This document shows positions 53,401 to 64,000 of a stretch of DNA of 64,000 nt, in pieces. Source of the stretch: Eledone cirrhosa (taxonomy: Eukaryota); NCBI GenBank assembly GCA_964016885.1, contig OZ024751.1:26040001-26104000 (forward strand), written 5' to 3'. Made by a program: the position numbers and the translations under genes. The stretch's first letter is position 1, and every line of letters starts with the position of its first letter. The notes beneath the pieces were generated by a model. The model was not told the DNA's origin, made no database searches, and was given only the letters and a program-made list of their open reading frames with translations.

Positions 53401-54357
53401 TGTTTCTGATGAAACCGTGGAATTTTCACAGGGGCTGCCAGTAATAATAATAGTGATGATGATGGGTTTTTTTTAAATGGCAATGGGCTACAAATTTGAG
53501 GACAGGATAAGTTTGTTTAAATCTACCTCAATATATAACTGGTATTTTGTTTAACTGAGTCTGGAATGATGAAAGACAGAAACAACACAGGCAGAATTTG
53601 AACTCAGAACATAAATATTGAAAGTCATACTTTATCCAACATTTTGTCCAACTCCAACAGAAAATATTAATAAACAAATAACTTTGTGGCAATATTAAGT
53701 TTGTAAGTAGAGCCTAGATTTCTGGTAACTTCACACAAAATGTGTTAAGACAATCAACATATCAAATATGTGTTAATAAGGTTTCATTAGGATGGAATGA
53801 AAAAAAAAAAAACATTTCTTAATAAAAAAGAAAGGAAAATAGTTGATTAAGTTCACCTGTGCACAAAAATGTAGTAACATTTCTTTCTCACTTAGTCTTC
53901 TTTTCCTTTATTCTAAACAATAACAATAACAATAACAACAATAATAATAATAATCTCTTTTGTTTTGAGTTTTTTTTATTTATTTATTTCTTTTTCATAA
54001 TGATATCAACACCAATAATGGTTTCTAATTTGAAAAGAGGAGAAGTAAAGTTGGGGTTGGCGGCAGGATTTGGACTTAGAAAATACAGCAAGGTACCACA
54101 CCCTCAGCTCTAATGATTCTCATAATCCACTTCTTTTAATAAGTTGTGATTTACAATTTAGGCTCAAGGTCAGCAATTTGAGAAGAAGGAGTAAAGTCGA
54201 CTAAATCAACCCCAGTACGTCACTGGTATTTTATAGACACCGGAAGGAGGATAAGCAAAGTTGGCCTCAGCGGGATTTGAACTCAGCATATAGAAATAGC
54301 ACAAGAGATATTATCCAATACCTTAACGAATCTGCCAAACAACAACTAGAGAAGTGT

Positions 54358-55690
54358 TGGTGGTGGTGGTGGTGGTGGTGGTGGTGGTGGTGGTGGTGGG
54401 AGGATGGTGGTGGTGGTGGTGGTGGGAGGGTGGTGGTGGTGGTGGTGGTGGTGGTGGTGGTGGTGGTGGTGGTGGTGGTGGTGGTGGTGGTGGTGGTGGT
54501 GGAGGTGGCGGTGGAGGTGGCGGTGGTGGCGGGCGGGGGGGGGGGGGGGGGTACTGGATGTGGTGAGGGGGGGGTGATAATGGTGGAGGAAGGAGGTGAT
54601 AATGGTGGAGGAAGGGGGTGATGGTGGTGGAGGAAGGAGGTGATGGTGGTGGAGGAAGGTGATGGTGGTGGAGAGGGTGATGGTGGTGGAGGGAGGTGAC
54701 GGTGGTGGAGAAAGGTGATGGTGGAGGAGGGAGGTGATGGTGGTGGAGGGAGGTGGTGGTGGTGGAGGAAGGTGGTGGTGGTGGTGGTGGAGGGAGGTGA
54801 TGGTGGAGGAAGGTGATGGTGGTGGAGGAAGGTGATGGTGGAGGAAGGTGATGGTGGTGGAGGAAGGTGATGGTGGAGGAAGGTGGTGGTGGAGGAAGGT
54901 GGTGGTGGAGGAAGGTGGTGGTGGAGGAAGGTGGTGGTGGAGGAAGGTGGTGGTGGAGGAAGGTGATGCCATTACACACCTCTATCGGGGGTGGACTAAA
55001 TGACTCTATAAACTTGATATTTACAAATTAACAAAGAGATGTTACCTGTAATTGTCTAAATATCTTCACAAAAACACCCCACTTATTATTTTATATAAAA
55101 GTGTGGAGGGGTGATGTTGGAGAGAGGAGGTTGCCAGCAGAAGAAGAGGTATCTTTACACACCTGTCATTGGGTGGGGTGGAGGTACATTTTTATAGAGG
55201 AGGCTTGGTATTTACAAATTAACAAAGACCTCTTACCTGCAATTATAAAAATGTCTTTTGTATGATTTCACAAAAAGAACCACATTCTTAAATAATAGTA
55301 ACACCAATGCTAACACCACCAACACCACCATACAGGTAAACTAACACCAACACCACCAACACCAACACCACCACCAACACAAGCACCAACACCACCACCA
55401 ACACCAACACCACCACCGCCAATACCACCACCGCCAATACCGCCAATACCACCACCACCACCAACACAAACACCAACACCACCATGCCAACACCACCACC
55501 GCCAATACCACCACCACCAACACAAGCACCAACACCACCACCAACACCAACACCACCACCGCCAATACCACCACCACCAACACCACCGCCAACACCAACA
55601 CCACCACCAACACAGCCACCACCAACACTACCACCCCTAACACTAACCACCACCAACACCAGCACCACCACCAACACCACCACCATCACC
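54358..55690. repeat. (TGG/GGA)n array 54358-54968 and (CCA/CAA) array 55300-55690
   Basis: direct reading. Confidence 0.92.
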
Positions 55691-55704
55691 ATGGTATCGC
55701 CATG

Positions 55705-56085
55705 AACTGGAGAGTGTAATTGAGAATGACAAAGACAATGTGAGATCTGACAGAGTTACTGAACACCAAAGACCTAACATTGTCGTGATTTCAATCACGA
55801 CAATGGAGAGAAGGAGAGAAAGTGCTGAATAATGGACATTGAAATCTCTGGGGATAAGAGAATTGAAGAGAAACAATGGAAAAGATAAGGAAATATTCAG
55901 AGTTTTGAGAGTAGAAACAGCATGGCTGTGGAATGTGTCAGCAGAGGTGATTTCTGTAATATTGGTGCACTGAGAAATTAGAGAAGAAATTAGAAGAACT
56001 TGGAATATAACCTAATATTTCCTGCCTACAAAAATCAGCTCTTCTTGGTTCAGCCCATACCCTGCAAAAGGTACTAGCTATTTGA
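55705..56085 (+). mobile_element. R4/Dong-clade retrotransposon 3' (RLE) remnant
   Basis: HQRPNIVV...KIRKY...LQKSALLGSAHTLQKVL. Confidence 0.72.
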
Positions 56086-56479
56086 GGTCACTAGAGTTGA
56101 TGTTTGTTTACATCTCTCAGGTCTTCTACTTCTTCTTGTCGTGTCCACAAGAATGTCAGTTACAAAGCTTGGCTAGATGTGGTTCTGCCCCAGCTCAACA
56201 CATTGCTGTCCTTTCTCATCAAACTCTGCCAAGTCCAATAGTGTGCAGGGGTGTTCCAGTAGGGGGCATAATGAGGAGGTGTTGCGTAGTCTGTGTTACA
56301 ATGCCGCAGTCACACACAACATCTCTCAGGTGAAAACAATGATGCAAAAGTGAAATAATAATAATAATTTTTTAGGAAAGTATTATCTGTGTAAGTTCCT
56401 TGTTTTGACTTGACAGATGACTAAATACTATCAGATGGCACATTATCCATCTGAACTGCATGACAAAGCGATAATAATA

Positions 56480-56760
56480 GGAAAGTGCAAAAGTTGAGAA
56501 ATAGCAGGAACTGAAGAGAGAAATCAGGAAACTATGGAGACAGGTAGAAGTGGTACCAATTGAAGGTAGTGAACTGGGAGCAGTTTAGTAAATGGTTGGA
56601 TGTAATGCTTGAGAAGCTAGGAATCACCATCAGGCTGGGATTGTTGCAGAAAACAGCCTTGCTAGGACCAGCAAAGATTCTAAGAAGGGTGTTAGGAAGT
56701 TGAAGGAATGACCTAAATGATCTTTGGCTAATGGCTGTGGCTTCCTCTTTTGGTATAGTG
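56480..56760 (+). mobile_element. Second R4/Dong-clade 3' remnant
   Basis: QELKREIRKLW..VEVVPI...LLQKTALLGPAKILRRVL. Confidence 0.75.
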
Positions 56761-56787
56761 ACGGTATAACATCTGCCAGAGCAAAAG

Positions 56788-57205
56788 TGAATTGGCAGTA
56801 TTGGTAGAGGGTCGGGCACCATGCTTTGACGTATAGAGTTACGGCCCTTGCCATTCTGAGTTTAAATCCCGCCGAGGTTAACTTTGCGTTTCATCCTTAC
56901 GGGGTCGATAAAATAAAGTACCAGTAATCTACTGGGTTATTGCTGGCCTTGTGCCAAAAGTAGAAACAATTATGAATAATAATAATAATAATAATAATGG
57001 TTTCTACTATAGGCACAAGACCAGCAATTTTGAGGGAAGGGGAAAGTCAATTAAATCGACCCCAGTGCGTGACTGGTACTTTATTTTATCGATCCCGTGA
57101 GGTTGAAAGGCAAAGTTAACCTCGGCAGGATTTGAACTCAGACTATAAGAGACGTAACTATATGCCATAAAGCATGGTGTCCAATGCTCTACCGATCCTG
57201 CCAAC
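56788..57205. mobile_element. Tail-to-tail inverted pair of Nin-domain SINEs
   Basis: plus copy 56788-56972, (AAT)n spacer, minus copy 56998-57205. Confidence 0.88.
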
Positions 57206-57604
57206 ACACCACCCTAAAATAATAATAATAATTATTATTATTTCTTTTTATTTGCGACTGGTTTCTATATTAGCCAGACAGGGTTGACATCAAGCACACA
57301 ACAGAGACAGTACAGGATGGTACAGTGAGGCCTCTTGTTTGTAAAATAAATGTTATAATAAAAATAAATAAACATTTCAGAAATCAAACAAAACAAATTC
57401 CCCCAGGGGAGGGGGACACCTCCCAGGGTCACTCACTGAGAAAGACCACAAAAATCCATGCTTAAAATATAGAAGTATATAATACCTATATCAGTATACA
57501 CCACCTTGACACACATATATATACACACATACACACACACACATATGTATATATACACATACACACACATATATAGACACACACACATATATATATACAC
57601 ACAT

Positions 57605-57635
<31 letters not shown>

Positions 57636-57715
57636 CATACACACACATATATATATATATACACACACATATATATATATACACACACACACATATATAT
57701 ATATATATACACACA

Positions 57716-57767
<52 letters not shown>

Positions 57768-57810
57768 CACATACACACATATATATATATATACACACAT
57801 ATATATACAT

Positions 57811-57851
<41 letters not shown>

Positions 57852-57992
57852 AACATATATATATACACCAACATACACACATACATATATATACACACAC
57901 ACATATATATACACACCAACATACACACACATATATACACACCAACATACACACACTTATATACACACCAACATACACACACATAACAACAT

Positions 57993-58031
<39 letters not shown>

Positions 58032-58090
58032 CCAACATACACACACACACACATATATATATACCAACATACATATATATATACCTATAT

Positions 58091-58125
<35 letters not shown>

Positions 58126-58128
58126 CCG

Positions 58129-58161
<33 letters not shown>

Positions 58162-58163
58162 CC

Positions 58164-58229
<66 letters not shown>

Positions 58230-58278
58230 TACATATATATATATATACATATATATAATATACATATATATATATAAT

Positions 58279-58341
<63 letters not shown>

Positions 58342-58441
58342 TCATCATCATCATCATCATCATCGTTTAACGTCCATGTTCCACGCTTGCATGGGTTTGA
58401 ACGGGAGTTTTCCCACTTGAGGCAAGAGTGGTTGTCTTGCT

Positions 58442-58485
<44 letters not shown>

Positions 58486-58490
58486 AACAT

Positions 58491-58532
<42 letters not shown>

Positions 58533-58540
<8 letters not shown>

Positions 58541-58872
58541 AGATCAAAAGATGGTTAAAGGAGTTCAATATATTTTATTATGCGCATTTCAAAAACAAAC
58601 ATCATCAAACAATAATATTTGTGTTTTCATCAGATAAAACAGGAGAACATGATATGAAGGCTAAAAAAAAACACTTGTTGATAGTGCAGTTTTAAATCAA
58701 CATATGTTGATTTAAAACTGCACTATCAACAAGTGTTTTTTTAGCCTTCATATCATGTTCTCCTGTTTTATCTGATGAAAACACAAATATTATTGTTTGA
58801 TGATGTTTGTTTTTGAAATGCGCATAATAAAATATATTGAACTCCTTTAACCATCTTTTGATCTTATATTAT
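58533..58872. mobile_element. Near-perfect 170-bp-arm palindrome (Penelope-like inverted pLTR) in (TA)n
   Basis: symmetry centre catatg at 58701-58706; arms differ only in an A9/T7 run; unique tail 58873-58958. Confidence 0.8.
58764..58834 (+). ncRNA. Minimal type I hammerhead ribozyme (mirror copy on minus strand ~58571-58641)
   Basis: CTGATGA (58772-78), 16-bp helix II, GAAA (58815-18), palindromic TGCGCA helix III, AUA cleavage triplet, 8-bp helix I tgttttat/ataaaata. Confidence 0.8.
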
Positions 58873-59059
58873 GCATACTCCAGTCCCACAAACTGTAGAG
58901 TGCTTCTTATCCGATATCTGCATTGCTTTATTGTACTACAATAAAACTCACCTCCTACATATATATATATATATATATATATGTGTGCTAACTCATCATT
59001 TCATATAAGTAGGCCGAATTCACTTGCAAACCGCCAGAGATTCGATTTTACTGATTTCC

Positions 59060-59090
<31 letters not shown>

Positions 59091-59093
59091 CCG

Positions 59094-59164
<71 letters not shown>

Positions 59165-59220
59165 CCTATATATATATATACATATATATATATACATATA
59201 TATATATGTATATATATACC

Positions 59221-59253
<33 letters not shown>

Positions 59254-59266
59254 GTATATATATACC

Positions 59267-59334
<68 letters not shown>

Positions 59335-59351
59335 CCTATATATATATACAC

Positions 59352-59436
<85 letters not shown>

Positions 59437-59453
59437 TATAGGTATATATATAC

Positions 59454-59670
<217 letters not shown>

Positions 59671-60014
59671 CATGTAATTCGAAAAGCACAATTATAGACT
59701 TTCTAAGGCTTCAGAAATCAATTATTTAATTACATCAACACAAAACTTAATGAGGAAGCCACAGGGATAGAGCAAACATATATACACATATATATACATA
59801 TACACATATATATATATATACAGATATATATAATATATATACATACATATATATACAGATATATATATATATACACACACATATATATATATATACAGAT
59901 ATATATAATATATATACATACATATATATACAGATATATATATATACACACATATATATATATATACACACACACGTATATATATGTATATATATACACA
60001 CACACACACATATA

Positions 60015-60048
<34 letters not shown>

Positions 60049-60278
60049 ATATATACGGTAAACTTCCTGGTTAGTGGTTTAAGTAGGTTTTATCAATCAT
60101 GTTCTTTCCTTTCTAAGTCACAATATATATCCTAGGGAGTGTTGTATACACACACATATGCATATATATATATATAATAGTAATAGTATATGTATATAAT
60201 ATATATAAATAGTATATATATAATATATATATATATAATAGTAATAGTATATATATATAATATATACATAATAGTAAA

Positions 60279-60647
60279 ATAGTTAATTTCCTAGATATAA
60301 CTCTAGACTTATCTACGGGTTTCTACCAACCTTACTATAAACCTAACCAAAACTTACATTACATACACTCACAATCCAATCACCCTAGATCTATCCTTAA
60401 AAACCTAGCATATAATATCTCACTCAGAATCTCTAACCTTTCATCTAACCAGGATGTATACAATAAAAATGCACCGTTTTATAACGAAGCTTTAGCTAGA
60501 AGCGGCCACAAAAACAAATTAGTCTATATACCTTGCACCAATAATACTACAAACATACAACCCAATATTACCAACAAACACCAAATGAAAAAACCACACC
60601 TAAATGCCACTCACACTACACCCCAAAAATACCAACCTAAAACTTAA
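60279..60647 (+). mobile_element. Penelope-like element reverse transcriptase C-terminal/thumb fragment
   Basis: open frame IVNFLDITLDLSTGFYQPYYKPNQNLHYIHSQSNHPRSILKNL...RISNLSS...YNEALARSGH; flanked by TA repeats. Confidence 0.85.
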
Positions 60648-60849
60648 TTTCTCTACCTCTTCTCACATAAAATATAATGACTTTCAAAAAACTATTCATC
60701 TTAATACTCCAATATATGTTAACAACATTACTAACAAAATTCCTAATAATCAGACTAAAACACCTACATATATATGCATATATATATATATGCATATATA
60801 TATATATGTATGTATATACACACACATGTATGTATATATATATATATAT

Positions 60850-61400
60850 GGTGGCTGCCAACTCGTTTTCGAGTACGGCCACTACTTTATATCCATGTAG
60901 GAGAACCCCTACCGATACGCTGAACGAGTGTGACTTTTAGTCTAGCTAGCGACTTGAAAATTCTGGTACAAACACTACACTTGTGACAATTATTGACACA
61001 TAGTGCTGGGCCCTTGGTACCATGTGACGACAAGTGCAGAGAGATCTCCAGATATAAAGCAATGCCTGTGCCGTGAAGCTTTTATAGTGAGCAAAGGCAC
61101 TGCACAAAGCCAGTCCCACTCTCTTAACCAAGATGATATTTACCAAAAAGAAGAACAAGTCAACATCATTGGATACCATCAGGGTTGCAGGTGTTATATC
61201 AGAGTTTTCCTTCTCCTAGAATTCTGCCTTGACAAAGGCTAAGGAGTCATCTCTCCCGGTGATTTTGGATGGCCATTGACTCTTAAGAGCTCCTTTGCCC
61301 TTTGACAGGTTTTGTTTTTAGTCCTGCAGGATGTCCAGTCACCCTCCTCACCAAGAAACCTTGGTGGGGTTGCCAGTTTAGTCGCCAACGACCCAACCAT
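60850..61400 (-). mobile_element. Copy of the RTE-derived short element, highly similar to 9156-9762
   Basis: near-identical reverse complement by eye. Confidence 0.85.
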
Positions 61401-62445
61401 GAGACATATATGTATGTATATACACACACATATGCATATATATATATATATGTATGTATGTATATACACACACAATGCATATATATATATATATGCACAT
61501 ACATATATATATGCATATATATATATATACACACATACACATATACACACACACATATGTATATATATACACACACATATGCACATATATATATACACAC
61601 ACACACACCCATAGACACACACATATATATACAAACACACCCATTGACACACACAGACACATACACACACATATGTAGACTACACATATACAACAAAGCT
61701 GCTACAGCAATACACACAACACACAGCAGCGCCACCTCTACTACAACAGCTTCTGCTGGTCTATACCTGTGAATAGTTGGTTTACTCTCTAGAAATAGCA
61801 GCCAAATCTTTCCTCAAATCACACTTTAATATCTTTAAAATGGAAGGACACATTTGACAATGTAGTGCTAGATTTACATTAAAGTGGGATGGTCATGACT
61901 GGAGCGTCTTTAACTGTTGGTTTGCTCTTTCTGACACCAACCAGAATTGGTAGAGCGTCAGATAAAATAACATTGTGCTATTTCTTCTGGCTCTTTACAT
62001 TCTGGGGGGTTCAAATCTAACCAAGATCAACTTTGCCCTTCATCCAATCTGGGGTCAATAAAATAAAGTACCAGTCAATTACTGGGGTTGATTTAATCAA
62101 CTTTGCCCTTCCCCCCAATTTGCTGGCCTTGTGCCTAAATCAATATGTATATGGCTAAGAGTTCCACAAAATATCTGTACCCTTAATGTAATTCTCAGGG
62201 AGAGTCAGTATGACACTGTGTGACAAAGCTGGCCCTTTGAACTGCAGGTACAATCCATCTGACAGCCTTCCATCCAATTTTGCTAAGAAGACATAGGTCA
62301 ACCTAGGGTTATGATAAATAACACCAAGTTGCCACGCTGTGGGATTCAACCGAAAGCCTTCCAATAGTGAGGCAAATATCATAATCATTCAGCCATGCTG
62401 TATCGACATTAGAAATGGTTAAGGAAACCAAGGGAAGTTACTCAC

Positions 62446-62572
62446 CTGCTCAAAAGTTGAGTAGCCTTCAATACTTTTCTGTCCAATGAAATACCATACA
62501 TCTCGAAACTTAAGGTTCTGTATCATACTGCTGCCAAAACTGTTAAAAAGCTGCCGAGCAAGTTGACCGAGT
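62446..62572 (-). CDS. POMGNT1-like gene, first exon visible in window (FAM3/ILEI-type stem domain); upstream exons lie beyond the window
   Basis: tctttcag|...GAGCAG|gtgagt; translates LGQLARQLFNSFGSSMIQNLKFRDVWYFIGQKSIEGYSTFEQ, matching the FAM3/ILEI pattern GSS-I-NL-FRD-W-F-GQK; ends phase 0. Confidence 0.88.
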
Positions 62573-63539
62573 CTGAAAGATATATTATATTACATTATAC
62601 TATATAATCCTATATATATATATGTTTCTTCCTCTTGTCTATATGTCTTCTATCTCTCATCCTATCTTCCAATGAAGGACTAATGACCGAATCATTAAGA
62701 TTCTTTTCCTACTATATCAAGCATTAAACTAACACATACAAGGAGTTTAAGCAGAACTGAGATAATCAATGAAATTTAGTATAAGTTAGAAGATAGAAAA
62801 GCTAGAAAGATGAAGAAATTGGTAAACTTACTTGATGGCAGAATCATCCCAGACAACAACCATAATAATGTATTCACTTGGTAATTCTTCAAGAAATATT
62901 TCTAAATCTGTACTATCTGGAAAGGAAAAACAGACAATGAACATCTACATGGTAGAGTTACATATGGCATTGGGGAATAATGGACATTAGCCCCAAAATA
63001 TGTTAACCAACATTAACCCCAAAATAGGTTAACTAACATTAATAAAAATTGGTAACCAAGATTAACCCCAATATAGGTCAACCAAGATTAACACCAAAAT
63101 AAGTTAACTAATATTATCTGAAAAACAGGTCAAAAATGATTTCTATCATCATCATTTAGTACATGTCTTCCTTGGGTTGTGTTGTTAAAGACAGTACTCA
63201 AGTGTAGCTGCAACTGACATCTCAGATGAACCAGAAGTAAACATCTTGCCTACATATTCCACATTCTAACGAGATCATTCTATCATCATACCACCAGGGA
63301 GATTATCATGTCCTTGATACAGCTGAAGAGTTCTCACAACTCTTTGTTTGGCAGGTTTTCTATAGCTGGATTCCCTTCTTATCATTAACAACTTTATTAT
63401 GTAGATCACCAACACTAGGGAGATTGTTGTGTTAATGAAACAACTGAAGAGTATTGCTGGTGCTCCTACACTACAACAAAACATATAAAATAAATGAGGA
63501 TACCCTTGAGACTGTGATAGGAAAACTCCAAGATAAGAA

Positions 63540-64000
63540 AACACTAGGAAGAGACATGATTGTCAGTTACTGGTACAAAAACTAATATTCTATCGGATGT
63601 ATCTTATCGACCTCTACCAACAAGTTCTCAAGGGAGATACACTTATACCAGAATGGTTGACATTAGCACAAACAATACTGATCCCCAAAAACAAAGACAC
63701 CTACTTGGCAAAAAACAACCGACCCATTGCATGCCAGAACCTGATGTATAAGATGTATACAGCCTGCCTGAACCTATTTCTCTAAGATCACTGAAAATAA
63801 TAACATCATCACAGATGAACAAGCAGCTGGAAAGAAAGGGGTTTGGGGATGTGCTGAACAACTCCTAATCAACAAAACTGCGATGTCAGAGGTGTGACAA
63901 CTTAGGAGGAATATGACTACAATCTGGCTGGACTACAGGAAAGCTTTTGATTCTGTTCCCCACTCTTGGATGATAGAGGTCCCCGACTTGCTAAAGGCCC
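63540..64000 (+). mobile_element. R4/Dong-clade reverse transcriptase fragment (decayed)
   Basis: PEWLT...TILIPK...NRPIACQNLMYK...EQAAGKKGVWGCAEQLLINK...WLDYRKAFDSVPHSW, with stops. Confidence 0.88.

Overview
Eukaryotic, extremely repeat-rich genomic DNA. It is most likely an octopus (coleoid cephalopod), inferred from tRNA-derived Nin-domain SINEs with RTE tails and very dense (TA)n/(CA)n/trinucleotide microsatellites. The only host gene I can support is on the minus strand: 13 GT-AG exons (62572 down to the stop at 21882), all phase-compatible. They splice into about 478 aa of a POMGNT1-like (GT13/GNT-I family) protein with a FAM3/ILEI stem domain and an apparently altered active site; the 5' end lies beyond the window. 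Introns and flanks hold decayed RTE, R4/Dong, CRE and Penelope-like retroelements, a DD37D (maT) transposon, MITEs, SINEs and many minisatellites, several visibly born inside TEs. The most striking unexplained signal is a set of sequence-unrelated 100-350 bp fold-back hairpins inserted into (TA)n tracts that carry minimal type I hammerhead ribozyme cores. One core looks fully intact (58764-58834), and two carry the compensatory U3-A8 core variant. Most long ORFs in the supplied track are artefacts of simple repeats.
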